NCBI RefSeq assembly: GCF_009914755.1
Contig: NC_060944.1
DNA: 64,000 bases
From: the human T2T-CHM13v2.0 reference genome, Homo sapiens
Reading direction: 5' to 3' (one strand)
A program made the translations under genes and the position numbers. Numbering within the stretch: position 1 is the first letter of the stretch; the number at the start of each line of letters is the position of its first letter. Below the pieces are notes generated by a model. It searched no databases, was not told where the DNA came from, and was given only the letters and a program-made list of their open reading frames with translations. This document shows, one piece after another, positions 26,630 through 39,788 of the stretch.

Positions 26630-27190
26630 TGTTGGTATTCAGTCAAGATTTAATGTTTCTGCATGAAACAACGAATCCAAATAATAACAGAGACAAGGGT
26701 TTATTTCTCTGTCATGTGAAAGAAAATACAGAGATAAGGAACCCAGGGCTGGTTTAGGGTACCGGGGTACCATTGTGAATCAGGGAATCCAGCTCTTTCT
26801 AGCTTTCTGCTCCTTTGCTCTGCCACTTTCATGTTCTCTAGACGTGCTGGAACTCCAGCCACCATGTTTACATTTCAGGCAGGAAAAGGAGAAGCACAAA
26901 GGGCAAAAAAATAAATAAATAAACAAATAAAAGAGAGAGAGAGAAGGAGAGAGAGAAAGAAAGAGAAAAATAAAAAAAGAAAGAAAGAAAAGAAAGAAGG
27001 AAACCAGCTGAGTCAGCCATGTTGAAGGGGTTTTCCAAGGAGCCCCACCCAGTGGCTTCTGCTTATTTCTCATTGGCTAGAACTGTCACATGACCACCGC
27101 CACACTTCAAGGGAGGCTGGGAAATGTAATTTTATAGCTGAATGCATTGCTGTTCTGAATAAAACTGAAGTTTTCTTAATAAGGAAGGAG
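26630..27190 (-). mobile_element. MLT1-type LTR containing a GA/A-rich simple repeat (~26905-27002)
   Basis: gggtttatttctctgtcatg...tctcattggctagaactgtcacatgacc...gggaggctgggaaatgta. Confidence 0.6.
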
Positions 27191-28511
27191 AAAAGATAGA
27201 TATGGAGGGAAATACAACTGCTAATGTCTTCTGGCATCTAAGTGGACAATCACTCATCTCTGGATCTCTATTGTCTTATCAACAAAAGGTAGCAAGTTAG
27301 ATCATCAATAAGGTTCCAATGACTTCCTGGAATATTTTAGCTCTGCTTCTGAAATATTGTTTTTTTAGGGAAGTTAATATTTTAATTGGATGTCTGGTGA
27401 TTTTTAAGGTTGAATATGCCTTAAAGCTGAAAAACGTTCATTTACATACTTTTAAATATTGAGGTCAATACTTAGGAAATAGTAATCTAATTTACTTTAA
27501 CTTCTGATATATGTGATATATGTTATCATTAATAATAATAAAGTCTTTTTATTCAGTGTCCAGCACTGTGCTAGGTACTTTACATACATAATTTACATTT
27601 ACATCCTGCAACAAACCTATAAGGCCTTATGCCCATTTTAAAGATGTAAAGGCTAGAGCTCGAATTGTTAAAGTAACTTATCCGAGTTCACACAGTTGGC
27701 TTTAAGCATTAGGATGCCTGTTCCACTGGGCTCTCGGTGGAACATAGAAAAGGCCCTGCCACTGTCTTGCCTGTGGGGCTCACCACTCATCCTGCCATGG
27801 CAATGGGTTGCAGTGAATGAGTTAGCTCTTCCTCAAACATGATGCACAAAATCAGGTTTCACTTTCTTTGAGATGAGATTTTCCACACCACAACTACACC
27901 AGGGAGTCATGAAAACTGAATTTCCTCTCACGTCCTTATAGGACGTGAGCAAACAAAGGCTATGGAGAAAATACCAGCTTGACTCACAAATGCATTATTT
28001 TTCTCAGACTGGAAATAATCCAACCTTTGAAATTATTTTTTAATCCTATCAAAATTTAGAGGATAGACTCAGAATTTTAAAAATGAAAGAAAATGAATGG
28101 ATCTTTTACGACTCCAAACATCTCTTATGATGAAGAGAACGAGACCCAGAGAAGTGAAACAACTTGCTCCAGGTCACACAGTTTACATTGTCAGATAAAG
28201 ATCAGATCCAACAAGTAAAGGGATTAAAATTCTCCTGTTGACTTCTAGAATTTACCAGATGTTAGGAGAAGTGATTCCTCCAACCTTAAGACTACAGCAT
28301 CATCTTTAAAACATTTCCATTTTCAATTTCTCTAAAGATGCATGTGCTGACTTTAAATTACTTTTGCTGCCTTGATCATTAGGAGGAAAATGTTAATTGG
28401 GTTCAGGGGAACTTGATGCTGTAAATAGAAGTACTATGCTCTGAAAGAGAATGGTGAGGGAACAGCCTTGCACACGAGAAAAACAATCCATTCTGTTAGA
28501 AGTCAGGTTCC

Positions 28512-28665
28512 TACAAAGGATAAATGCTTGAGGTGATGGATACCCCATTTACCCTGATGTGATTATCATGCATTGCATACCTGTATCCAAATATCTCATG
28601 TACCCCATAAATACATACACCTACTGTGTACCCACAAAAATTAAAAATTAAACATTAAACAAAAA
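28512..28665 (+). mobile_element. L1 3' end (L1MA-like)
   Basis: aaaggataaatgcttgaggtgatggataccccatttaccctgatgtgattat...gtacccacaaaaattaaaaatt. Confidence 0.85.
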
Positions 28666-28714
28666 GTCAGTCTGCTGGTCAGCCACTTCCTAAGAGATGC
28701 TTGCTGACCCCTGG

Positions 28715-29200
28715 ACCCAAGTTTCTCAGATTTCCTGATGATCAGAATCCTGGAGTGCTTGTTAAAAACACAGATACCCTAAGCCCACTGGAGATCCATA
28801 GAATCAGAATCCCCAGGGGAGCCCCTGGAAAGCTCTATTTTTCACCAGCGCCCCCACCCCCACCAGTGCCGTCCAGGAAGTTAGGAAGCTCTCCCCTGAA
28901 CGAGGTTTGCTGCATACTGAAAATACTAAATGTTTGGAGGAATCCATGGAATCAAAACCTCTGAGCCTGGACATCATTTTTTTAACCATCCCCAGGTGAT
29001 TCCAATGTGCAGACAAGGTTGAGAACCACTGTCCCAGACTACCAATGTTCTCAAACATCACTGTACAGAAGAATCATTTGGATTAAATGCAAATTCTCAG
29101 GCCCACAATCTCCAAGATGCTGATTCAGGACAGGTGGAAATTCACATATGTCACTAATGGTCCTGACACAGGGGGATTGAGGATCACAGTGAGAACTCCT
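28715..29200. mobile_element. Cluster of MER5-like hAT-Charlie fragments
   Basis: aatcagaatc, ccccaggtgattc, gttgagaaccactg motifs in several orientations. Confidence 0.6.
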
Positions 29201-30074
29201 GACTAGGATAACACAGAGGCTCCACTGATGCCTCCCTCAGCATCCTGAGCTCCCCCATCATGACAGCCCTCACATTTTCAATACTGAGTTGTCCCTCTGT
29301 CCCCCTAGGCTATCAGCTGGTGGGGACAGGGACATCCGTCTGACATGCCCAGAGTTAGCACGATGCCTGAATGTGGTAGACACTCAACAGACATCCATAC
29401 AATCACTTCATTGCGCAGTACCTTCTCATATATCTGCATCTTATTTTCCCGACTCATATAAAACATTTGAGAACAGGGAAGAACATGTCACATTTCTTGT
29501 CCTACAGTCTCCAAAACAGTGACCTGTATATCGCAGATACTCCATAAATTTATTTTTTAATTATTTAATAACTATCACCTGTAATTCTTGGGCTGCTATG
29601 GTACAATTAAAGCAGGTTGATGAAATAAATACCTACTTTACAGAATATTGTAGTCTGTCAATTCCTAAATCATTCAGAAGGGATACTAGAAGGAACCTGG
29701 TTTTACTCTTCAGACATATGCAAATAGCAGGTCAAACAGTGTCATAGACTCAGTTACACTGGAGAGTGAACTATGCTGTGGTTTATCTCAAAAGTGAAAA
29801 GTTCCTTGTTCTGAAACATTATTTCTCTCTCTCTCATGCTCTCTCTTTCTAAAATGCACCCCATGAGAATAAATCTGCAGAGAAACATTTAAGGGAGCCC
29901 TTCTCCAGGCATCAGAAGTACAGCCCATTTTCATGGCAAAGATGAGAAATGAGAAACCTGCTAGCCAGCCCTCTGGTCATTTAGATCCTCATTTGTCAAC
30001 ACTTCTGAGATTAATAAACTCAGAATCCCCTTCCAGCAAAACACTCAGTTTTTAGCCATAATCAACTTAAGGAA

Positions 30075-30135
30075 CTTTTACACCATTTTACATCATTTAC
30101 ACCATTTTACACCACTTACATCATTTTACACCATA
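30075..30135. repeat. ~10-bp degenerate tandem repeat (ttttacacca)n
   Basis: Direct inspection; about 6 copies. Confidence 0.75.
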
Positions 30136-30197
30136 TGTCCAAGACATGTTCTGAATCTCCTCAAATAAGCATTGACCTTCCTTGGAACTTGCTTCTT

Positions 30198-30424
30198 TTC
30201 TTTTTTTCTTTTTTTTTTTAATTATGCTTTTAAGTTCTAGGGTACATGTGCACAATGTGCAGGTTTGTTACGTATGTATACATGTGCCATGTTGGTTTGC
30301 TGCACCCATTAACTCATCCTTTACATGAGGTATTTCTCCTAATGCTATCCCTCCCCATCCCCCCACCCCCCCCACACACACATGACAGGCCCCGGTGTGA
30401 TGTTCCCCTTCCTGTGTCCAAGTG
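30198..30424 (-). mobile_element. 5'-truncated primate L1PA 3' end
   Basis: Poly(T) + ttttaagttctagggtacatgtgcacaatgtgcaggtttgttac; perfect 15-bp TSD tggaacttgcttctt at 30183-30197 and 30425-30439. Confidence 0.93.
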
Positions 30425-30791
30425 TGGAACTTGCTTCTTAATAGAAGAAGGTCTGCATTCAAGAGCACATGGATCATTTGAACTCTTGGTTCTGATTCAG
30501 ATCTTCCAACCAATGAACTTTGCATATGTTGAAATTTTATCAAATGAGTTATGTTGCTCCTGGTCCTTTGAATTGTTTGACTTCTGAAGAGAACTGTAGT
30601 GCAAGGTTTTGCCAACTTTTTGACCAGAATCCTCGGTGAGTAATAAATTTTGCACTGCAGCTCAGCACACACACACACAGCTACCCTCCAAGTATTTCAT
30701 GAAAAAATAGCTTCCTGTATTATGTGCAGTGCATACTGCTTTTCTATTCTGTTCCATTCATTTTTTAAAATAATAACACCAACCATTAAAT

Positions 30792-30960
30792 CACTGGTTC
30801 TCAACGTTGGCTGTCTGTTGGAATGGTCTGAGAAGTTTTAACAGTTTCCAATGCCTGGGTCTCACTCCCAGAGATTCTGATTTACTTGGTCTGGGATGAG
30901 GCCCTAGGCATGAGATTTTCAATGCCCCTAGGAGAAAATTTTCATGGGCAGTCCCAACAA
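30792..30960. mobile_element. MER5A-like fossil
   Basis: ggttctcaac...ccccagagattctgatttacttggtctggg. Confidence 0.6.
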
Positions 30961-31189
30961 CCTGTGCGATAACCTGGCCCAAAAACAAATCATGATTTGC
31001 AATTTGAAAAACATAGACAATGTGTAGTAATAGACACTAATTTCCAAAAACAATAACATTTACAAGAAGACTAGTTTATTCACTGAACAATGTGCCAAGG
31101 ACCATCCTGGACACTAAGGATATAAATATGCTAAATATAATTTCTCTACCCTTGAAGAACTGGTACCCTCCTTTTCAAAAATGGAACAC

Positions 31190-31775
31190 ACCCACATGCC
31201 AGTTCCCAGATGAAGGGACAACAAGACCAGCACTCAGAAGCTCCCTGTATCCCCTTCCAGTCACTGCCCCACGAGACTGACCACTAACATGACCTCCAAC
31301 AGCATAGATTAGTCATTCTTGTTTTTATATTTTAAACAGATGGAATCATACTTTATGGTCTCTTTTCTGCCTGGCTTCTTTAGGCCAACATGGTATTTGT
31401 GAGATTTTTCCATGTTGTTCAGAGTACCTGGAGTTCATTCATTCTCACTGCTGTATAGTACCCCACATTCTATAAGTTACACCTCAATTAGTTTACTCCC
31501 TATTTTTTGGATGGCATGTAGGGGTTTCACAGTTTGGGGCTAGGAGCATTCTAGTACACAGGTCTGGTGAATATGTACACATTTGGTCAAGTATATGCCT
31601 AGGAAAAGAATTTCCAGGCCATAGCTTAAGCTTAACTTTAGAAGATACAGCCAAACAGTTTTCCAGTTTAGTTGGAATTACTTGCACGCTCATCCACAAA
31701 GTACATGTGTTCCAGTTGCTCCACATCTTCAACACTTAACATTGTCAGTCTTTTTCATTTTAGCCATTCCGGTGT
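31190..31775 (-). mobile_element. Old L1 (L1ME/MC-like) fragment
   Basis: atggaatcatac...ctggcttctt...ttccagttgctccacatcttcaacactt...ttttagccattc. Confidence 0.7.
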
Positions 31776-32025
31776 GTGTGTTAGAATAGACTTTTGAAAT
31801 CAATTTATGTAAGTAAGAAAAGCAAGAAGATTTCTTTAATTGACTTATATAGTGGTTTTGAATGGTGCATGGACACCCTCCCTTGAATTTGAGAGTTCAC
31901 AGAGATTCCAAAATCTTACAAGAGGTCTGTGTCCTGAGTAATATTTCTCTTAATCATTGTGCCTCTCTCCCTCTCTCACCCTGCCTTTTGCCCTTGTCCT
32001 CTTGCTCTCTGCTTCCTGTATCCAG

Positions 32026-32253
32026 CCTGGGTCTGACCTGGCGGGACATGCAGCATCTGACTGTGCTCACCTCCAAACGGAACCAGCTTCACGACGAGGT
32101 CCATCAGTGGCGGCGCAATGGGGTCGGCCTGGAATTTAATCACCTCTTTGGCTACGGGGTCCTTGATGCAGGTGCCATGGTGAAAATGGCTAAAGACTGG
32201 AAAACCGTGCCTGAGAGATTCCACTGTGTGGGAGGCTCCGTGCAGGACCCTGA
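32026..32253 (+). CDS. PCSK2: PC2 coding exon (probably exon 11; end of catalytic domain)
   Basis: Long pyrimidine tract + tccag acceptor; GA|gtaagt donor; 228 bp, phase 2/2; LGLTWRDMQHLTVLTS...NHLFGYGVLDAGAMV. Confidence 0.97.
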
Positions 32254-32360
32254 GTAAGTGGGGGTAGTGGTCCCTCTGCTGCATGTGGAAAGTGCCCCTG
32301 AGATGGCTCCATGGCATTGGCATAATATCACATTCCCTCTTCATGTTTGGGTCAACTGTA

Positions 32361-32668
32361 TTTTTTGTTTGTTTGTTTGTTTTTTTGAGACAGGGCCTCA
32401 CTTTGTCACCCAGGCTAGAGTGCAGTGGCGTGATCACAGCTCACTGCAGCCTTGAACTTCTGGTCTCAATAATCCTCCTGCCTCAGACTTCCAAGTAGCT
32501 AGGGCCACAGGCATGCGCCACTACACCCTGCTAATTTTTTTTATTTTTTGTAGAGACAAAGCCTCACTATGTTGTCCAAGCTGGTCTCAAACTCCTGGGT
32601 TCAAGTGATCCTTCTGCCCTGGCCTCCCAAAGTACTGGGATTACAGGTGTGAGCCACAATCCTCGGCC
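32361..32668 (-). mobile_element. Alu (AluJ-like)
   Basis: (TTTG)n tail and antisense dimer. Confidence 0.92.
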
Positions 32669-32809
32669 TGGATTTGACTCAGGGACAACCAGTTTCCAAG
32701 CAGAGCTGCAGGTTTGCATAAATCCAGGAGGCACCATTTACATAGAACACAGAACCCCTGCTTTTGGTTGTGAGCCTTAACTGTTTCAGTGATGTATGCC
32801 ATTATTTCT

Positions 32810-33700
32810 AAGGGCACAAATCAACCACTATAAACATCACCCAGCTCAATAAGGAGAACATGACTAACACCCCCAAAGGCCCCCCGCCGTGACCACTGCC
32901 ATTAACATCCCCATGCCAGCGTAGCCATATTCTTACTTCTAACTCCATAGCTTAACTTGCCTGTTCCATACTTACTAGAATCATACACTATGTCCTGTTT
33001 TACAACTAGATTATTTCGCTTGGAGTTATGTTTGTGAGATCCAGTCATGTTTAATGTGTACTTATAGCTTTTCTCATTGCTGAAGAGTGTTCCAGTGTAT
33101 GACTATAACACAATTCCTTTATTCATTCTACCTGTGGGACAATCTAAGGACTTGATTTTCCGCTGAGTGAGGTGGATTTTGCCACTTGGAGGGATTTGTG
33201 TATGGGGTTCCCTACACAGAAACCACAGCGTTAGTCAACTGCACCCACTTCCCTTCCAACTGCCCCACCTTGGCAAGTGGATTGGTCAGTAAGGATACTT
33301 CTTAATTTCTCTCTGTCCTCCTTGATGCATTAGTAAAATGGAGATAGTAATTTTTATTATTATCACTGAGGTATTATTTACATGTCATCAAATACACAGA
33401 ACTTAAGTGTATCATTTGAGTGTTGATAAATGTATACACCCTGGTAACTACCACTGAATCAAGAGATGAGGCATTCCATCAACCCAGGAAGATTCGTCAT
33501 ACCTGCTTCCAGCTCGTCCACACGCTCCACAGGCACCCTTTGTTTTTGCTTCTCTCTCTGTAGATTCGTTTCACCAGTTTTCAGACTGGACTGTGTCCAG
33601 TTTCTTTTTCTCAGCATGAGGCTTGTGAGATTCGTCCAGGTCACCATGTGTAGTCGTAGCTCATTCATTCTCATTCTACCTTGAGAATACACCTCCGTGG
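32810..33700 (-). mobile_element. Old L1 (L1ME-like) fragments
   Basis: agaatcatacactatgtc...tttgtgagatcc; tcagcatgaggcttgtgagattcgtccagg. Confidence 0.5.
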
Positions 33701-34674
33701 CTTACATCATTTAAATGGTGGTAAAATTCATTCCCTGCCAGGGTCATATTTCCGAGGACCATTGAGCCTGGCCAGAGTCCAACCCCTCTCAGACTTTATC
33801 CTCCTCGCCACTCTTCATTGGTCCTAGACTTGCTGCATCTCTTCTACTCAGTTACCCAGACCTGAATTCCAATCTTGACTTCACCAACTTAGACAATACT
33901 TTTGACATTTCTGACCCTCTGCTTTAGCAATTCTCAACCTTTGTGCCCTGTCTCCCTTTGACAGCATGGTGACGTCTATGGGCCCCATCAGTCTAATGTT
34001 CTCCAAATTCATTAGATAAAATGCACTGGATTGCAAAGGAAACCAATTATGTTGAAACCAATTAGAAAATAAATTCATGCTGAAATATATGTCCCCTTGT
34101 CAGCACATTAAGTAAAAAGCTCTAGTGGCAAGTCTAATGGCCACAATAATTTCAGAGCAGCAGTGATGACTAATTGCTGCTGCAGGATCCATGCAGTGGC
34201 TGTGGTGGGACACGAAAATCTGCCAGCTCTTTGATGACAAAGTCCGAGGAGGAGCTAATGCCACTCTGCTTTGTGGCCTGCATTCATAATCGAAAGAGAA
34301 GAAAAGTTTCTGTTATAATCTAGTGAAAATTAAAATGTGGAATTTTTTCCATTGAAATTATTAGACCCCCTGAATTCTATCCAAATGGGCCCCAAAATAA
34401 GAGATTTTTTTCTCTTTCCTCACCAGTAAAACGGAGCTAATGTTTTTCCTCCGCAGGCTGCTGGGAGACTTTAGCAACACACAAGTCTACAGCAGGCACA
34501 CAGTAGGCACTTAATAAATGTAACATTGCCTCTCCTTCTCATTCATGACTAGATGTGAACACTTCTAGCTTACACCTGTAGAATCAAAAGACAGTAATCT
34601 CCTAGAGTTTTTGGTGAAATAATTGTCTGATTTTTATGCAAATTCCAAATCAGATATCCTCTCAGCCTAAAATA

Positions 34675-35575
34675 TCCTCCAATGGACAAGCATGTGCCCT
34701 GGGATTCCCATCCTCCCATGGGCCAGCAGCCTGCCATAGATGGGCAGCCTACCATAGGTGAGCATCCTCCCACAGGCCAGCATCCTGCCATATACGGGCA
34801 GCCCACCATAGGTCAGCATCCTCCCATGGGCCAGCATCCTGCCGTAGACGAGCAGCCAACCATAGGTCAGCATCCTCCCACAGGCCAGCGTCCTGCCGTA
34901 GACGGGCAGCCCACCATAGGCCAGCATCATTCCACAGGCCAGCATCCTGCCGTAGACAGGCAGCCTACCATAGGTCAGCATCCTCCACGGGCCAGCGTCC
35001 TGTTGTAGACAGGCAGCCTACCATAGGCCAGCATCCTCCACGGGCCAGCGTCCTGTTGTAGACAGGCAGCCTACCATAGGTCAGCATCCTCCCACGGGCC
35101 AGCGTCCTGCTGTAGACAGGCAGCCTACCATAGGTCAGCATCCTCCCACGGGCCAGCGTCCTGCTGTAGACAGGCAGCCTACCATAGGTCAGCATCCTCC
35201 CACGGGCCAGCGTCCTGCTGTAGGCGGGCAGCCTACCATAGGTCAGCATCCTCCCACAGGCCAGCGTCCTGCTGTAGACGGGCAGCCTACCATAGGTCAG
35301 CTCCTCCACGGGCCAGTGTCCTCCCGTAGAAGGGTAGCCCACTATAGGTGAGCATCCTCCCATGGGCCAGTGTCCTCCTGTAGACGGGCAGCCCGCCATA
35401 GGTCAGCACCCTCCACGGGCCAGTGTCCTGCTGTAGACAGGCAGCCCACCATAGGTCAGCATCCTCCCACAGACCAGCATCCTGCTATAGACGGGCAGCC
35501 CACCATAGGTCAGCATCCTCCCAAGGGCCAGCATCCTCCCATGGACAAGCATCTTCCCATGAGTGAGCATCCTCA
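34675..35575. repeat. Minisatellite/VNTR, 54-bp unit, ~15 copies, flanked by 18-bp monomers
   Basis: Consensus cagcatcctcccacgggccagcgtcctgctgtagacaggcagcctaccataggt; 15 occurrences of the catagg anchor at 52-54-bp spacing. Confidence 0.97.
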
Positions 35576-35939
35576 TTGTTTACTCACTGAACCCCTAGAA
35601 AGTGGCACCAAGTGGATTACTGCCAAGCTGAGTATTTTTTTTCCATGAAACAGTCCATGATTTAAGAAGGCCTCACTCTAATCAGCACCACATGGAAAAA
35701 ATAAAGCTTCAGCCCAAGCCCTATAATAATCTAAAAACACAGAGCTGCCCAAGTCCCAAGTGATGTTGCAAATGTCCTATAATAAAAATAGCTACTCTGC
35801 ACAGTTCCTCACCATTTTCCAAAGCTTCTGTGTCCACACATCATTTCTGTTCACTCCCGTATCCCTCCTCTTGGCAGGACAGACTTCTCTGAGCTCTAAA
35901 CAAGTTGATTGACACAGTCAAGCCCACAGAGGCTGTAAA

Positions 35940-36520
35940 TGTGAGACTGGAAGTCACTTTTATTGAGTGCCAACTGCATGCTATGTGCTTTCATACACGT
36001 AAGCTTCACAGCCACCCTATTGTTGAGGGTGTGCCTTATACTCGCACAGTCGAGGTGGGAGCAGGGGTGAATATTTTGCAGCCTTAACAACAAACTGGTC
36101 CCATGCTGGGTGTCAGGGAGAAACACCAACTAGGTGTGGTATATGCTAGGCCCATTTACATTACTGTATTTAATCCTTGTAAGCCCAGGAGGTGTGTCCT
36201 ATCATTATTACTTTTTATACACAAGGAAGCTGAGATCCAGAAAGGATAAAAAAAAAAAAATGTGCTCAGAGTCACAAAGGGCAGAGCAGGACTTGAAGCA
36301 AAGCCCATCTAAACCCAAACCCCAGGCTCTTTTCACTACATGACCTTGACCTTAATCAGCTCCCGTGCATACAGGTCCTACATTAGGCCGTATGTGAGAG
36401 CAGCCCTACTGTGAGCTCACAGTGCCATTACTGATGACAGGAGGTTGGGAAAGGTCAAGGGCATGCTAAATGTCATCCAGCTACTAAGCAGCCAAACTGG
36501 GATCTGAGCCCAGTCACTTT
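35940..36520 (-). mobile_element. MIR fragments
   Basis: tatttaatcc...ttttatacacaaggaagctgag...gtcacaaagg; gggatctgagcccag. Confidence 0.5.
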
Positions 36521-36914
36521 GACCCCCTCACGGTGGGCTCTCAGGTATCTCAGTGACTCCCCCTGGAGAAGGTGAGGCTTGGGTAGGGGAGGGAGTTTCA
36601 GTAAACATTCCCCTGGGGATTCTGAAACACCCACCTAGTGGGTGCTCCCATCTCCCAAACCCCATCACTGGCATTCCAGAGGCCCTTTTCACTGGTCTAC
36701 AATGCCAAGGTCTGCCGTGTCTTTTGGGAATGAACAAAGAGACAAGACTGGGAACCACTGTCCAAATGGGGGATTTAAGGCTAAACCCTACTCATCATAA
36801 CTAACTTTACCCAAAGTCAACATGAAATGGGCGTTGACAACTGTTTCCCTTGTTAGAGTTCAGAATAATTTCTTGAGAAATTTGGAAGTGCAGTGACTTT
36901 CTGCAGTGGTGAAA

Positions 36915-37070
36915 ATGTTCTGCACTGTCCAATACAATAGCTTGTGGCTATTGAGTGCTAGAAAGTGGATGACCGTGATTAAGAAACAAGAGTTTTCATT
37001 TTATTTCATTCTCATTAATTTAAATTTAAATAGCAACATGTGGCTGGTGGCTACCATCTTGGACAGCCAT
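36915..37070. mobile_element. MER3/MER33-like fossil
   Basis: gcactgtccaatacaatagc...aatttaaatttaaatagcaacatgtggctggtggctacc...ttggacag. Confidence 0.65.
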
Positions 37071-39207
37071 GTCTAAGGCACATCTGGTAGTTACATCTTA
37101 GCAGGAGGGATGCTGAATTGTGCAAACCGAATGGGAAGTGGAGATTTAATAACATAAACTCTATGAAGGGGTGTCAAGAAGATGAGACTGCAAGAAAGGC
37201 TTGCTGGTCCATTTTATAGCCTCATGCCTTCCCCCAGCACGACATCCAATTGCAGCATCCTAGAAGCCTAAAGGCAGCCTTGGGAGGGTGCTAGTAAGAA
37301 CTGCTGCTAAGAACTTCTCTCGGAAAGTCACTGGGATAGCACTTTATTCCACTATCTCATTTAATCACAGGAGGTTGGCATCCCTAGTCTTAATTTAGGT
37401 GAGAAAACAGGATCAGACAAATAAAGCAAACGGCCTTAACTCCAATGTCCTTATCCATTCCACAAGGCCCTGGGGCCTGGTACCTCATTCCCTTATTGCA
37501 AAAGGAGAAAGACTTACGATGTCTGTGCCTTTACAGACACTCTGCAAGCAGGGAGTGGGGGCTGGAATGTCCCTCACAGGCAGTGCAACTGGCACGATAT
37601 CTACACTTACTTGCATATAAGCAATATTTACAATTAACAAAAAGGCAGCACCGTTGCAGTATTTAGGGGAAGAGTTAGCTTGGAATGTACTGCGGCCCTC
37701 TTAGTCAAGCTACGTGTCAATACCAGGCTATATTTTCTGAGATTGCACTGGACAAGCCAGACGGACTTCTAATGATCGTCAAGCACCATATGATTATGAG
37801 AGAGGGCAGGAGGGGAGCACCGCGGGAGAGAAGGAGAGAGAGGGAATGAGGGCGTATGCTGAGATGAACGGCAGTTTATCTCCCAGTTTCTGAATATGCT
37901 TAGCATTCCATCATAATCTGCATACATGTGGAATTTAAGGCCAGAGAGAACACTGGAAATAATGTTATCCAAGTCCCTGTAAGGAATCTGAGGTCCGGAG
38001 ATGTGATCATCCCAACATCTCACAACTATCCAGGAACTTTATGCAAGATCAATGCAGTGTTTTCAATGAAGAGAAATGGGAAAGCACTATATTTCAGCAC
38101 TAACTCAGTTGGGGCCTCCCAATGGACTGGGCCCTCGTCTGTCATATTCATGGTGTAACCCTAGTGCCTACAATAGTGCTGGGCATATAGTAGACAGGTG
38201 ATAAATATTTTTTAAATGAATGAGGGAATGAAAATATTCAGCCAGCAGCAGCCGGACACAAGGGAAATGTCTGACTGCTGGCAATAGGACCGGCGGGCCA
38301 GCAAGGCAAATGTGGGAAGGAGGCTCTGCCTTGGTTGGAAGGGCTCTGCCTCCTCTCAGTGCCCTCCGGTCCCTCGTCCACCCCCACACCAGAACTTGTT
38401 CTCAGATGCAGATGAGTTAGGTCTAGGGCAAATACACTTGTTGAAGAATGCAGAGGCTCCACAGGGAGATTTGGAGAGCAGCCCCAGGGCTGGCTGTGCC
38501 GCTTGACAGAGGAGGCCCTTGTGACCACGAAGCACACTCGAGGAGCGGTGGGGTACAGGAATCAACAGCCGTGGCAATCGCCACTCTCCATAATGTGCAG
38601 GGCTGCACAGAAACAGCTTCCAAGGTGGAGTGAGTGGTGATTGTCAGGTTTGTGGGTTTCCTTGGCATTAATCTTCCCGGAGATGGAGTCAATTTGAAAA
38701 GCAATTTTCTAAAGAGGCTTTATCAAGAGAGTCAGTGAAGGATGCTCAGCTACAATCAAAGGGGAAAATACACCTGGCTGTGACCAGCTGCACCAGCTGT
38801 GTGTAGAATGAGCAGAGCCAGCCCAGGCCGGCCCCATCAGCCAGCTGGGAGTGACCTGTCTAACACAGCTGCCCCCAGCCCCTCTGGGCACCCTGAGGGG
38901 ACTGTTCACTGAGCTCCTTTAAGGCTGTGCCAAAATATGTGATCCAGCTCTGAAGTTTAAGTGAATTTGGAAATAAATGTTAAAACCTGGTATCAATGCC
39001 GGAAGCAGCATGGGAGTGAGAGGTCAGCGTGTGCTCGGCCCTGTGCCACCTGGGGGACTGTGGACCAGCACTCCCGAGCTGCAGAGGCTTCCTGCACAAG
39101 TTCATGCCCACCTGACTCTGCTACAGGGGGAGGAGAAAACCTCACCATGGCCACCTGCTGCGTGTCGTCATGTGACTGCCACAAAAGCAGGCATCTTGGG
39201 CACTTGA

Positions 39208-39558
<351 letters not shown>

Positions 39559-39788
39559 CAGCTTCATAACTTTATCTTACAGTTGAAGATTCATAACACA
39601 AGAAGCATTCCCCAGGGCCTCCTGGGAAGCAACACCTATTTCTTGACACAAGGCAGTTTAAACACTTACTTGCAATGATACACAATAAAATAAAGATACA
39701 AGCCACCCCGACAACCCCAAGTTTGTCTTTTATAAGACTGGAACACTACGATTTTGCATGTTATCTCTAATAGGTCAAAGAAGAACTC

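Noticed and set aside
34675-35575. CRISPR-like regular array
   Set aside because: Units are head-to-tail with no unique spacers, there are no cas genes, and the context is a eukaryotic intron; it is a minisatellite.
34570-35648. Repetitive 18-aa-period ORFs on both strands
   Set aside because: By-product of a 54-bp unit; frames are broken by shorter units and there are no exon signals.
35681-35700. RE1-like atcagcaccacatggaaa (also weak matches near 13215 and 19255)
   Set aside because: Only one half-site matches, or the spacing is wrong.
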